DNA of 64,000 nt from an uncultured Acidobacteriota bacterium (GTDB taxonomy: Bacteria > Acidobacteriota > Thermoanaerobaculia > Multivoradales > UBA5704), in assembly GCA_963770895.1 (NCBI GenBank), contig CAVYRF010000002.1, forward strand, positions 224,001-288,000, written 5' to 3'. Positions 7,132 to 51,800 of this stretch are shown here, in pieces (within the stretch, counting starts at the first letter, position 1; each line of letters begins with the position of its first letter). The position numbers and the translations under genes are program-made. Under the pieces are notes generated by a model. The model was not told the origin of the DNA. It was given only the letters and a program-made list of their open reading frames with translations, and searched no databases.

Positions 7132-9279
7132 ATGAATTCCACCCCACCGAGACAACGCGCCGGCACTGCCGCGCTGCAGCTGCGCCAGGCGGTCCGCGGG
7201 GGCTCGTTTGCCAATGTCGCGGCGCTGGCCCTTGGCATGGCCTTGTTGCTGCTCATCCTGCTTTTCCTGCGGGCCGAGCTGAGCTACGACCGGATGCATG
7301 AGAACGCCGATCGCATCGCTCGCGTGACCGCGGGCTTCAAGCTGCGCGGCGAGCCGATGCGGTACGGGGCTTTGACGCCCCTGATCCTGGCGGAGACGCT
7401 CAAGCGGGAATGGCCGGAAGTCGCCGAGGCCGGCCGCATCATGCCCTACCTCGAAGGCACCGCCGCGGGCAAGGTGGCCGTTCGGCTGGGGCGCGACAAA
7501 CAGTCCTACGAATATTTCTCCTGGGCCGACCCCAGCATCTTGCGGATCTTCACCTTTCCCTTCGTCGCGGGCGATCCACGGACGGCCCTCGCCCTTCCGA
7601 ACACGGTGATCCTCAGCGAATCGGTCGCGCGCAGCATCTTCGGCGCCGCACCGGCGGTCGGCCGGACGCTGCAAATCGACAGCGGCTTCACCGACGAATC
7701 CTACAGGGTCACGGGAGTGTTCAAGGACCTCCCCTTCAACTCTCATTTCCACGTCCACATCCTGGCTTCCTTCTCAAGCCTCGATCACGTCAAGGACCCG
7801 CGCATCATCCGCGACGATTTTTGGGTGACCGATACCTATACCTACGTCCTGCTCGCCAAGGGCGTGCCTGCCGAACGGGTGCGCGCCAAGCTTCCGGCCT
7901 TCATCGCCAAGCACTACGAGAAGGTCGAGGGCACCGAGGCGACGCTCTACGTGCAGAGCCTGGGCGACATTCACCTGGGATCGCACCAGCTCTTCGAGTT
8001 CGAGGCCAACGGCGACCGCAGGAACGTCCAGATCCTGGCGGGCGCCGCGGCCGCCGCCCTGCTCCTGCTGTGTCTCAACTTCATGACCCTGTCGACCGCG
8101 CGCTACGCCGGCGGGGCGCCGCCGGGCGCCCTCACGCCCGCCCTGGGAACCGACCGGCGGCAGCTGTGGAAGCGGCTCTTCGGCCGCTCCCTGATCCTGG
8201 CCGGCATCGCGCTGTGCCTGGCCCTGGCCCTGGTCAAGCTGACCCTGCCGGCGCTCGATGCGCTGGTCGGCCTGCCGGTCGCGCTGCCACTCGGTCCCGC
8301 CGCCTGGGACTGCGGCATCGCGCTCGCCCTGGTCGTGGTCCCCAGCCTGCTCGCGGCCGGGTATGCGACCGCCCGCCTCTCGGCCGCGAGCCCGCCCGCG
8401 AACGGCACCGGCGCGGCGGCTTCGCGCGGCAGGGTCTTGCGCCAGGTGGTGGCCGGCTTGCAGGTCGCCATCGGCGTGGCGCTGCTGGTCGCCGCCGGCA
8501 TGGTGCACCACAACCTGTATGTCATGCACACGGTCGATCTCGGTTTCGACATGGAGCATGTGATCGTCGTGCCCATCCGGGACGTCGCACTGCGCGACCG
8601 TTACGCCGACCTGAAAACCGCGATGGAGCGCAATCCGGACGTGCTCGGCACCACCTTTTCGTCCATCGTGCTGGGCCAGCAGCCGCCGGTCGTCGGCAGC
8701 TGGCTGAAGGGCGTGAAGAGCATGAAGGAGCTGGACACACTGGTGGCCGACACCGACTTCGTCAAGGTGCTCCGCCTCCGCGTCCTGGCCGGGCGCGCGT
8801 TTTCGCCGCAAGTGGCGAGCGATCCAAAGGCGGGGTTCATCATCAACGAAGCCACCATGCGGCTGTGGGGTCTGCAGTCGCCACAGGAGTGCCTGGGCAG
8901 GATCTTGCTGTGGAACTCGCAGAAGAAAGGGACCGTCGTGGGCGTCGTGCGCGACTTTCACTATCAGCCGCCCCCGCTCGCCGTCGAGCCGCTGGTGCTG
9001 CACATCCGGCCGCTCGCTTTCCGCTACATGTACATCCGGATCGCGCCGCAGCACACGGCGGCGACCCTGCAAGCCCTGGGCGACACCTGGCGCGGCATGG
9101 TGTCGGACAAACCCTTCGAGTTTTCCTTCCTGGCCGACGACTACAACCGCGCCTACCACGGCGAGGAGACGCTGGGCCGCCTGCTCGGCCTGGCTGCCGT
9201 GATCGTCCTGGTCATCGCCGGCCTTGCCGGCCTTGCCCTCTGCGGCCGGCGCGGCTTCAGTCGATCCGCAGCGCGGTGA
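7132..9279 (+). CDS. MacB/FtsX-type ABC permease, degenerate and C-terminally truncated
   Basis: ELSYDRMHENADRIARV, two periplasmic MacB-like domains and VVGVVRDFH. It ends after the first helix of the last FtsX domain, and the internal RxxEIGIR motif is eroded. Confidence 0.75.
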   Translation: MNSTPPRQRAGTAALQLRQAVRGGSFANVAALALGMALLLLILLFLRAELSYDRMHENADRIARVTAGFKLRGEPMRYGALTPLILAETLKREWPEVAEAGRIMPYLEGTAAGKVAVRLGRDKQSYEYFSWADPSILRIFTFPFVAGDPRTALALPNTVILSESVARSIFGAAPAVGRTLQIDSGFTDESYRVTGVFKDLPFNSHFHVHILASFSSLDHVKDPRIIRDDFWVTDTYTYVLLAKGVPAERVRAKLPAFIAKHYEKVEGTEATLYVQSLGDIHLGSHQLFEFEANGDRRNVQILAGAAAAALLLLCLNFMTLSTARYAGGAPPGALTPALGTDRRQLWKRLFGRSLILAGIALCLALALVKLTLPALDALVGLPVALPLGPAAWDCGIALALVVVPSLLAAGYATARLSAASPPANGTGAAASRGRVLRQVVAGLQVAIGVALLVAAGMVHHNLYVMHTVDLGFDMEHVIVVPIRDVALRDRYADLKTAMERNPDVLGTTFSSIVLGQQPPVVGSWLKGVKSMKELDTLVADTDFVKVLRLRVLAGRAFSPQVASDPKAGFIINEATMRLWGLQSPQECLGRILLWNSQKKGTVVGVVRDFHYQPPPLAVEPLVLHIRPLAFRYMYIRIAPQHTAATLQALGDTWRGMVSDKPFEFSFLADDYNRAYHGEETLGRLLGLAAVIVLVIAGLAGLALCGRRGFSRSAAR

Positions 9280-11734
9280 CCGGCTGGATGCGCGTCGCCT
9301 TCCTGCCGGGAAGCCAGGTCGCGACGAGCACGGTCAGGATGAGGCCCAGGGAGACGCCCACGAAGGTGAGCGGATCGATCGCCGAAACCCCGTACAGCAG
9401 CGACGCCATGACGCGCGTCATGGCGAAGGCCGCGACGATGCCGCACAGCACGCCGGCGCCCGCCAAGCGGCCGGCTTCCAGCACCACCATGCGCAGGACG
9501 CTGCCGCGCTCGGCGCCGAGCGCCATGCGGATACCCAGCTCGCGCGTCCTCTGGGAGATGGAGTACGAGGTGACGCCGTAGATGCCGATGATCGCGAGCA
9601 CCAGGGCCAGGCCGGCGAAGAGGCCGAGCAGCATGACGCTGAAGCGGGGTTTGTCCACCGAGGCGGCGACCATCTGATCGAGGGTGCGGATGCGCGAAAC
9701 CGGCTGGCTTGGGTCCACCTCGTGCACGGCGGCGCGCACTTCCGGGATCACGGACAGGGGGTCGCCCGCGGTGTGCATGACGATGCGCATCAGGAAGCCG
9801 ACCAGAACGGGGGTCTGCGACGGCACCATGTACATTTGCGATTGCAGGTCGCCCAGCAGGCCTGCCTCGCGAACGCTGCCCACCACTCCGACGATGGTGT
9901 AGTGATAGGCGGCCTTCTTGCCCAGCAGGAGACGCTTGCCGATGGGATCTTCGCCCGCCAGGTAGGTGCGGGCCATGGTTTCGTCGATCAGCGCCACCTT
10001 CTGCGAGTCCGCCGTGTCGGAGGCGGTGAAGAACCTGCCGCGCAGCAGCGGGATCCCCATCATCTCGAAGTAGCCGGGAGCCGCCGAGCGCTGCAGCGCC
10101 TGCTGGCCGACGGCCTGGTCCGGCACCGCGGTCTTCGGTGCCTCTCCTTCGATGGTGAAGCCTCGGAATCCCCCATCGCCGTCCATCGGCAGGTCGGAGG
10201 TGACGGCGGCGGCGGTGATGCCGGGCAGCACCCGCAGCTTGTCCACGACGCGCTGGAGAAACGGCAGCCGCTGCGCCATCGGATAGCGGTCCGTCGGCAT
10301 GGCGAACTCGATGGTGAGCAGGTGCGCGGGGCGGAAGCCGGGGTTGACGTCCAGCAGGTGGATGAAGCTGCGCATCAGCAGGCCGGCGCCGATCAGCAGC
10401 AGCGTCGCCAACGCGACCTCCGCCGCCACCAGGACGTTGCGCATGCGGTGGCTTGCCGCCGTGCCGGCGCCGGCGCGCGTGCCCTCGCGCAGCGATCCGG
10501 CCAGGTCCTGGCGAGTCAGCTGCAGAGCGGGAGCCAGGCCGGCCAGCAAGCTTGCCACGAGGCAGAGAGCGGCGGTGAAGACGATCGCCCGGGCGTTCAG
10601 CGAGAAGCCGCCGACGACCGCCAGGCCGACTGGAATGGAGGCTGAAAAGGTGCGCAGGGCGACCTCGGCGAAGACGACGCCGAGCGCTCCGCCCAGGAGC
10701 GCCAGCAGCCCGCTTTCGGTCAGCAGCTGGGAGATCAGCTGGCCGCGGCTTGCCCCCATCGCCATGCGCACGGCGATCTCCTTCTGGCGCGACGCGGCGC
10801 GGGCAAGCAGCAGGTTGGCGACGTTGGCGCAGGCGATCAGCAGCACCAATCCGACCGCCGCCCAGAGCACGATGAGCGCGGTGCGCAGGTGGCCCCGCAT
10901 CTGCTCGAGCAAGGGCTGGAGGCTGACGGTCCAGCCGCCGTCCGTCTTGGGGTAGAGAGCGGCCAGCTGCGCGCAGTGGGCCTTGAGCTCCGCCTCCGCC
11001 GCCGCCATCGTCACGCCCGGACGCAGGCGCCCGATCACCACGTCGTAACGGGTGTCGCGGTCCTGCCTGGCATCGGCGGTGAGCGAAGTCGGCGCCCAGA
11101 CGTCGGTCTCCGGCGTGAAGCCATACGGGCCGGGGATCTCGAAGCCGCCGAGCGGGAAGGTGAAGCGCGGCGGCATCACCCCCACCACGGTGTAGGGATT
11201 GCCGCCCAGGTTGATGACCCGGCCGATGACGCCGCGATCGCTGCCGAAGCGGTGCTGCCAGAGCGCGTACGAAAGCACCGCCGTGTTGGGCTTGCCGAAG
11301 TTGTCGTCGCCGGGATCGATGGTGCGGCCCAGGGCGGCGGACGCGCCGAGCACGCTGAAGAAGCCGCCGGTGACGCGGGTGACGCCGAGCTCCACGGGCT
11401 CACCCTGGCCGGTCAGGGCCTGGCGGTCGGACTGCATCATGCCCAGGCGTTCGAAAGAGCGGCTGTCCTGCTGAAAGTCATAGAACAGGGCGTCGGAGGC
11501 CGGCCCCTTCACCCCCAGGCCTTCGGTGCCCGGCAACGTCGAATTGGCAGCCCAGACGATCACCAGCCGGGCAGGATCGCGGAACGGCGGCGGGGTAATC
11601 AGGGTCGCGTCGACGATGCTGAAAATCGCCGAGTTGGCGCCGACGCCCAGGGCCAAGGTGAGAATGGCGGCGAATGCAAGTTCCTGCCGCAGGTTGCGAA
11701 CGGCGAGACGCAGGTTATGGACAAATTGGCTCAT
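9257..11734 (-). CDS. ADOP-family duplicated ABC permease
   Basis: ILTLALGVGANSAIFS, LLIACANVANLLLARA..RQKEIAVRMAMGA and QRTRELGIRMALGA. No ATPase gene nearby. Likely start MSQFVHNLR at 11734. Confidence 0.9.
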   Translation of the reverse strand: MSQFVHNLRLAVRNLRQELAFAAILTLALGVGANSAIFSIVDATLITPPPFRDPARLVIVWAANSTLPGTEGLGVKGPASDALFYDFQQDSRSFERLGMMQSDRQALTGQGEPVELGVTRVTGGFFSVLGASAALGRTIDPGDDNFGKPNTAVLSYALWQHRFGSDRGVIGRVINLGGNPYTVVGVMPPRFTFPLGGFEIPGPYGFTPETDVWAPTSLTADARQDRDTRYDVVIGRLRPGVTMAAAEAELKAHCAQLAALYPKTDGGWTVSLQPLLEQMRGHLRTALIVLWAAVGLVLLIACANVANLLLARAASRQKEIAVRMAMGASRGQLISQLLTESGLLALLGGALGVVFAEVALRTFSASIPVGLAVVGGFSLNARAIVFTAALCLVASLLAGLAPALQLTRQDLAGSLREGTRAGAGTAASHRMRNVLVAAEVALATLLLIGAGLLMRSFIHLLDVNPGFRPAHLLTIEFAMPTDRYPMAQRLPFLQRVVDKLRVLPGITAAAVTSDLPMDGDGGFRGFTIEGEAPKTAVPDQAVGQQALQRSAAPGYFEMMGIPLLRGRFFTASDTADSQKVALIDETMARTYLAGEDPIGKRLLLGKKAAYHYTIVGVVGSVREAGLLGDLQSQMYMVPSQTPVLVGFLMRIVMHTAGDPLSVIPEVRAAVHEVDPSQPVSRIRTLDQMVAASVDKPRFSVMLLGLFAGLALVLAIIGIYGVTSYSISQRTRELGIRMALGAERGSVLRMVVLEAGRLAGAGVLCGIVAAFAMTRVMASLLYGVSAIDPLTFVGVSLGLILTVLVATWLPGRKATRIQPVTALRID

Positions 11735-11920
11735 GGCTTCGGGCCGCGTGGCAGCCGCTATCCTCCGATGTCCTCCGGCAATCCTGGGACTGGATTTGAT
11801 CACCTGAAAACTGCCGCAGGCTATCATGATACATCGCTCTGTGAAGGCCGCAGGACATTGAATTCAGGGGTCTTTGTGGGATAGTATTTGCACTCTCAAT
11901 CGCCAAGGAGAACCCTGCTC

Positions 11921-13246
11921 TTGGAACCCTTCGATACGCTCGAATCCGAGGTCCGTTCGTACTGCCGGCTGTTCCCGTCCGTGTTCGAGCGGGCCGTCGG
12001 CTCCCACCTTTTCGACGAATCCGGAAAGGATTATATCGACTTCTTCAGCGGTGCGGGAACGCTCAATTACGGACATAACAACCCGGTTCTCAAAGAACAC
12101 CTTATTGACTACATTCGCCGCGACGGCATCGCCCATGCGCTCGACATGGCGACGACCGCCAAGCGGGCGCTGCTCGATCGGTTCCAGCGGGTGATCCTCG
12201 AGCCGCGGGGGTTGCGCTACAAGGTCCAGTTCCCCGGTCCCACCGGAACCAACGCCGTCGAGGCCGCGCTGAAGCTGGCGCGCAAGGTGACGGGCCGCAC
12301 GCACGTGCTCTATTTCAACAACGCCTATCACGGGTTGACGCTGGGGGCGCTGGCCGTCACCGGCAGCACCTCGAAACGCCGGGCCGCAGGCGTACCGCTG
12401 CCGAACACCACCCCGCTGCCCTTCGACGGCGACCTGGGAGAGCAGGATACGGTCGAGTACCTGCGGGGCCTGCTGGAAAACCCGTCGAGCGGCATCGATC
12501 TCCCCGCCGCGGTCATCGTCGAGACCGTGCAGGCGGAGGGCGGTGTCCGCGCAGCCGGCTTCGACTGGCTGCAGCGGCTCGCCGCGCTCCTGCAGCGGCA
12601 CGGCATCCTGCTGATCGTGGACGACATCCAGGTGGGGTGCGGGCGCACCGGCACGTTCTTCAGCTTCGAGCCCGCCGGCGTGGTTCCTGACATCGTCTGC
12701 CTGTCCAAATCCATCAGCGGCTTCGGCCTCCCCATGGCCCTTGTCCTGCTGCGTCCCGAGCTGGACGTCTGGAAGCCGGGGGAGCACACCGGGACGTTTC
12801 GCGGCAACAACCTGGCGTTCGTCACGGCCGCGGCGGCCCTCGACTACTGGCAGGACGACTCCTTCAGCCGCGACGTCCTCCGCAAGGCGGGCCTCCTGCG
12901 CCGCCGGTTGGAGGAGATCACCGCGCGCCACTCCGACATCTGCGGGCCGGTGCGCGGCAGGGGCCTCATCCAGGGCCTGGCCCTGGAGGTCGACGGGCTC
13001 GGCACCCAGGTGGCCAGGGGCGCTTTCCAACGCGGGCTGATCATGGAACCGGTGGGCCCCAGGGACGAGGTCCTGAAAATCCTGCCGCCTCTGGTCATCG
13101 AGGATGCCGAGCTGCTGCAGGGGCTGGACATCCTCGCGGAAGCCCTGGCTGAGGCCGTCGAGGCAATCGAAGCCGCCGAGTCGGCCGGCGGCAGCTTGGT
13201 GGAGCGGGGAGCGCGGCAGGCGATCTCGCCCCCGGCCGGCCCTTAG
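11921..13246 (+). CDS. ectB: Diaminobutyrate--2-oxoglutarate transaminase (EctB-type, class III PLP)
   Basis: ESEVRSYCR, DFFSGAGTLNYGHN, GPTGTNAVEAALK, ETVQAEGG, DDIQVGCGRTG, LSKSISG and PGEHTGTFRGNN. RBS AAGGAG precedes TTG 11921. Confidence 0.9.
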   Translation: MEPFDTLESEVRSYCRLFPSVFERAVGSHLFDESGKDYIDFFSGAGTLNYGHNNPVLKEHLIDYIRRDGIAHALDMATTAKRALLDRFQRVILEPRGLRYKVQFPGPTGTNAVEAALKLARKVTGRTHVLYFNNAYHGLTLGALAVTGSTSKRRAAGVPLPNTTPLPFDGDLGEQDTVEYLRGLLENPSSGIDLPAAVIVETVQAEGGVRAAGFDWLQRLAALLQRHGILLIVDDIQVGCGRTGTFFSFEPAGVVPDIVCLSKSISGFGLPMALVLLRPELDVWKPGEHTGTFRGNNLAFVTAAAALDYWQDDSFSRDVLRKAGLLRRRLEEITARHSDICGPVRGRGLIQGLALEVDGLGTQVARGAFQRGLIMEPVGPRDEVLKILPPLVIEDAELLQGLDILAEALAEAVEAIEAAESAGGSLVERGARQAISPPAGP

Positions 13247-13253
13247 CCCCACC

Positions 13254-46137
<32,884 letters not shown>

Positions 46138-46145
<8 letters not shown>

Positions 46146-48432
46146 TGGCCACTTCCTCCTCCACCACCAATCTGCCGTCCGCGCGCCGCCGCGCGCGGTC
46201 GCCGGTCCGGTACAGCCGTTCTCCCGGCTCACTGCTCCACGGATGGGGCACAAAGCGTTCGGCAGTCAGGTCGGGACGTCGCAGGATAGCGCGAGCCAGG
46301 CCGGGACCGCCAAGGACCAGCTCGCCGGGACTGCCGGCGGGCACCGGCTGTTGCCGCCGGTCGAGCACGTAGGCGTGCAGCCACGGACCGCGCGGCTGCT
46401 CGGTGGTTGCACCGCCGTCCGCGATCACCAGGCGGGAGCCGGTGCGCAGCGCCGCGACGACTTCCGCGGTCGCGGCGTCGAGACCCGGCGGGAGCTGCGG
46501 GCAGGCGATCGCCCGGTGGCTGAGCATCAGTCCCGGCGGCCGGGACGCCGGCGCGATCAGCGCCAGGCCCTGGGGCTCTTCACCGCGGCCGATCGGGCCC
46601 ACGGCCTTGGCGCTCTCGGCGGCAATCCGCGGCCAGTCACGATCCAGGCAGAGGATCGTCGCCGCCGCGGGCAACCCGGCCAGCCATCGCTCCACGGTCA
46701 GCACCAACGCCACCTGCGCCTCGTCCAGCACCCGCCGGGCCTCCGCCGCTCCGACGGCGCCGGGATCGACCGGCACGGCAGCGCCGCCGGCGCGGAGGAT
46801 GCCGAGCAGACCGACGACCCTGGCGAGCGATCGTTCGACGGCCAGACCGACGCGCACCTCCGGCCCGACTCCCGACCGGCGCAGCCAGCCCGCCAGGCTG
46901 GCGGAGCGCTGGTCGAGCTCGGCGTAGGTCAAGGGCACGCCGCGGCAGACCACGGCGACCTGCCAGGGGGAACGCCTGGCCCGTCGGGCGAACAGCTCGG
47001 CGAGGCCGGCCGCGAGCGCGCCGCCCGGCTCGGCGGGCAGCTCGATCAGCAGCTGCTGCCGCTCGGCCGGTGCCAGGACCGGCAGCTCGGCGACGGGCAC
47101 CGCCGCCAGGTCTTCACGGATCAGGCCCAGCAACAGAGTTTCGAACGACCCAAGCAGGCGCGCCACGCGCACGGCGTCGAGCCGCGGCTCGTTGGCCGCC
47201 AGCCGCAGCAACCACCGGGAGCCAGGCTGCACGTTGACGGTGAGCGGGTAGTGCGTCTGCTCGGCTCCCTCGACGCCCGCGATCACCACCGCCGTTGCCG
47301 CATCCTGGCGCAGCGCTTCGTCCAACGGATAATTTTCGAACGCCAGAATGCTTTCGAAGAGCGACTCCCCCGCGGGCACCTCGCTCCAGGCCCGCACCTT
47401 CGGCAGCGGCGTGTGCTCGAATTGGCGCGCCGCGACCTGGGCCTCCTGCAGCCGGCGCAACCAGGCAACGGCGGCCGCCCGTGGCGGCACCCGCACCCGC
47501 ACCGGCAGCGTGTTGATGAACAGGCCCACCATCGTCTCGATGCCTTCCAGCGGCGCGCCGCGGCCGGCGGTGACCGCGCCGAACGCCACGTCGTCCTGGC
47601 CGCTGGCGCGGGCGAGCAGCAGAGCCCAGGCGCCCTGCGCCAGGGTGTTGAGGGTGAGCTGATGGCGTCGGGCGAAGGCCCCCAGCGCGTCGCTCGCGGC
47701 AGCGCTCAGCAACGCCTGTTGCACACCGGGCCGGCGAGCTTCCCCGTTTTCGGCGTCGGCGCCGGCGTCGGCGCCGGCGTCGGCACCGGGAAGCGGTGTG
47801 GGCGCGGTGAAGCCCGCCAGCTCGGCGCGCCAGAACGCCTCGGCAGCGGCCAGGTCCTGCTGGCGCAGCCAGGCGATGGAGTCGCGATAGGCGCGCACCG
47901 GCGGCAGCACGGCCGCCCTGCCCGCGCGGGCCGCGGCGTAGCAGGAAAACAGCTCGCGCAGCACGAGCGGCAGCGACCAGCCATCGAGGATCGCATGGTG
48001 ATGGGTCCACACCAGCTGGCAGGTCTCCGAGCCAGCAGCACCCAGCTGGATCAGCGCCAGACGGAGCAGCGGCGCCGTCGACAGATCGAAGCCGCGCCGG
48101 CGGTCCATCTGCAGGTGCTCCGCCAGGCGTTCGGCCTGCTCCGCCGCCGGCAGGCCGCGCCAGTCGTGGTGCTCCCACGTCAGCGGGAAAGGCGCATAGA
48201 CCACCTGCAACGGCTCGTCCAATTCGAGCCATTCGAACGCCGTGCGCAGGATCGGATGGCGGTCGACCACCTGCTGCCAGCTCCCCTCGAGCGCCGCGCG
48301 CTCGGCCGCTCCCAGCCCGGCGCCGAAGCGGATGCTGGTCTGCACCACGTACGCCCCCGACTCCGGTGAATGCAAAGCATGGAAGAGCATGCCCTGTTGC
48401 AGCGGTGACAGTGTGTAAATGTCTTCGATCAA
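46138..48432 (-). CDS. Stand-alone NRPS-like protein: intact DCL-type C domain plus degenerate, truncated A domain, no carrier domain
   Basis: IEDIYTLSPLQQGMLFH and HHHAILDGWS. The A part lacks the TSGSTG loop and the central pocket region and stops after YRTGD. TTG start with GAGGG RBS. Confidence 0.85.
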
Positions 48433-48810
48433 AAGCGCCCTCGATCACAGGCCAGACCTCGGCCGGCAGCTCTTCGGTGCAGTTGCGCAACGCCGCGCAG
48501 CGCGCCGCCGCCACAGAAGAAGCGGCGCCAGGCAGGTCGCGTAGTCAGCTTTACTGGATCGGCAGCTCAGCCAAGTGCGGAGACTATCAGGTGTGCATCC
48601 GCCTTGTGCCGAGGCCCCATATTGGCCAGCTGTAGCTTGAGTAGTTATTCGAGATGGTCATCCGCGAGGTCAACAATCCTGTTCAATCAGCGCTACTTTG
48701 CGAAAGCAAGGCAAGGGAAAGGTGGGATGCGGCAGCCCTGACACAGTCGAAAGCACTTCAGCGAGACGGGACACCAGCTCCTCGCTTACGACTAGAAAGG
48801 TTTCTGTCGT

Positions 48811-51800
48811 TCACCGCGCGGGCGCGGTTGGTGCCGGCGGGGCCAACGCCAGGACCGAGGGGACGCGGCCGGGCTCGGCCAGGCGCAGCAGCCCGTAGCC
48901 GATGCCGGCAATGCCATTCATCAGGCCCGGCGACTCGACGGCGGCGCGCGTCCCGCAGCACCAGCCGTCGCGGCCGATGCTGGCGAGCACCTGCTGCGTC
49001 CGGCGCCGCACCTGCCGGCCGAGGGCGGCGTCGCCGCCGAGCTGCCGCTCGGCGCTGGCGAGGAAGTCGAGGTTGCCGAGGTCGCCGTGGCAGAGGCAGT
49101 GGTTGTGGCCGAAACCGTGCTCGACGGTCAGCCGCACGGCCTCGGCGACCTCGGCTGCGAGCGCCGCCCCGGTCGCTGCCATGGCCGGCCTGGACGGCGC
49201 CGCCTCCAGGTGGCGCAGCGCCGCGAGCCGCGCGATGCCGATGCCGGGAGCGCCGTAGCACCACGACATGGCGACGCTGTCGCCGTGCGCCGCCGCCGCG
49301 GCGGTGCCGCCGCCGAGCCAGCGCGCGAGCTCGGGCCAGAACATCTCGCGCTCCCAGGCGAAGGCGGCGAGGCCGGCGTCGGTGAAGCGGCGATCGCCGG
49401 CCGCCGCGCCCAGCGCGACGAGTGCCAGGGCGATACCGGTCATGCCATGGGCGAAGCCGGTCTGGGAACGCTCGGAGGCCAGCCGGGTCAGCCAGCAGAT
49501 CCCCACCCCGCGCGCCTCGGCGCGGGCCAGGAGGTGCTCGCCGCAGCGCACCGCCACCGCCAGCGCCCGCGGTCCGGCGCCGGCGCGGTGCGCGGCCAGC
49601 AGGCCCGCGATCGCCCCGGCGGCGCCGGCGACCACGTCCAGCTCGCGGTCCTGCGCCAGCCGCGCATCGATCAGCTCGATCTCAGGTGCCGCCTCGGCCA
49701 GCAGCCCCGGGTCGCGCCACAGCGCGGCGAGGTGCGCCCTCACATAGAGGATGCCGCCCGGACCCTGCATCAGGCCGATGTAGGGCGGTTCTGGCGGCTC
49801 GGCCGGCCGCCCTGGCGGTCTGCCTGCCACGTCGGCTGCTTCGCGTTCCATGCTCTCCCGCAGCGTGTCCAGCGCCGCGCGCGCGAGGTCCGCGGTGCGC
49901 GCGTCGCCGGTGACGGCATGGAGACAGCCCAGGAACAGGGCGATGCCGGGGATACCCAGGTAGAGGTCGTGCGGCACGGGCGCCAGCGACCAGCGCTTGT
50001 CGCTGAACTCCAGCGCCACCCAGCTCACGTGGCGGCCGTCCCGCACCGCGGTCGCGGCGAACCAGTCGCCGGCGTTACGGGCCGCAGCGAGCAGCCGCTT
50101 GCGCAGCTCCCGCCGCGGCAGCGGGCGCCCGGTCGCCACCCGCGGGTAGCCGGTCCACCGCGCGGGGTCGCTGCCCAGCCGGCGGGTGGCGAGCGACATG
50201 CGCAGCAGTCCGAGCTGGCGGTCGAGGTCCGCCTCGCCCATGCCGGCCAGGCGTCGCTCGACCGCGGCCATGGCCGGCTCGGGGAAGAACCCGGCCAGCC
50301 GCCCACCCCGGCTGTCGACGAGATCGGGTGAGCCCGGTGTGACGGTGAACACCGGCACGTCGCCGGCGAGCAGATCGCGGTGCTCGGCGGCGGCCACGAG
50401 CGCCAGCTCGGGCTGCTCCTCGGCCCCGAGCCACAGGCGATCGAACAGCAGGTCCCGGTCGAGGGCGTCGCGCAGCACGTCGGGGTGATAGCTCTCGCCG
50501 AGCAGCCGGGCGTAGATCTGCGTCGGGCGCAGCACCGCCCGCACCGGCACGCCGCGGCAGCGGGCGAGCGGCCCGTGCGGGGCGAGCAGCTCGGCGCGGC
50601 GCTCGATCAGCCGGCGGTAGACCGCCGCGAAGCCCGCCGCCAGCTCCTCGCCGTGCTCGGCCGCCTCGGCCTCCTGGCGCCCCCTGCCGTCCTCCCCCGC
50701 GAGGAAGGGGACGTTGGCTCCCCCGGGCAGCGGCAGCCGCTCGCGCACCACGTGCATCTCGTCGGTGCCGCCCCGCGCCAGCGCCAGCACCGGCTGCGGC
50801 GAGAGCTGGCCCGCCACCGCGGCCAGGCCGCTGAGGTCGACGCCGGCGAAGCCGTCGCCCGCCCCCACCAGGAAAGGCAGCAGACCGATCCGTGACACCG
50901 AGTCGTCGAGCAGGCGGCCGACCAGGCGCCTGTCCGGCGCTGCCAACGGCTGGAGCGGCAGCCGCGGCTGGAAGAGGGTCTCCAGGTCCACCAGCACGGG
51001 ATGGCCGCCCGCCGCAATGAGATTCTCGAAGTGGCAGTCGGTGGCCTCCAGAGCGTAGAGCAGGGCGAGCAGGCCGCCCAGCCGCCGGTAGAACGCCGCC
51101 ACCTCCGCGGGGTCCCGGCAGCCGTGCGCGGCGACGAACTCCATCCAGCCGTGGCTGCCCCGGTCGAGCACCGCGACCGTGCGCGGGCTGCCGTCGCCGG
51201 TGTCGCCGAGCCAGGCCAGGAGCTCCTGGAAGCGCTGCTCGGCGGCAAGCGGCCGCGGCTTGTAGACCAGCCGCGCGCCGGAGGCGAAGGTGAGGACGCG
51301 CACCGAGCGGCCGCCTCGGTGCCGGTCGCCGGCGCCGCCGTCGATGCCGCTGAGCAGGCCGGGGTGGCCCCCGGCGAAGAAGCGGCTGAGGAGGAGCGGC
51401 GCGTCGGCCGCCAGACGCTCCATCAGCTCGAGCCCGGTGTCCACCCACTGCGCGAGCTCGCGCATCACCTCGCGCGCCAGGACCGGGTACTCGCCGAGCA
51501 GCGCGGCGGCGACATCGCGCCGGCCGAGGCGGGCCAGGAACGACTGAAACCGCTCCGCGGCGGTTTCGCCGCTCAGCAGATCCAGGTGGCGGGCCACGTG
51601 CAGCTCCAGCACCAGGGTGCGGGCGACGACCGGCAGCAGGCGCGCCGGCAGGCTGGCCGCGAGCAGCGCCTCGGTCTCCGCGGCGGCGAACAGCGGCTCG
51701 GCACCGCGGGCCGAGGAGGCCCCGGCCGCCGCCGCGAACCGTGCCAGGCCCTGGCGCAGGCGAGCCCGCGCCCGGTCGATCCACGGGCGGACGGGCGCGA

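Noticed and set aside
11921-13246. Ectoine biosynthesis operon
   Set aside because: No ectA, ectC or ask adjacent; the NRPS context explains the gene better.
48433-48810. Riboswitch or sRNA in the lanM-NRPS gap
   Set aside because: GAAA-containing stretches are present, but I could not fit any known consensus; an Infernal/Rfam scan would be needed.
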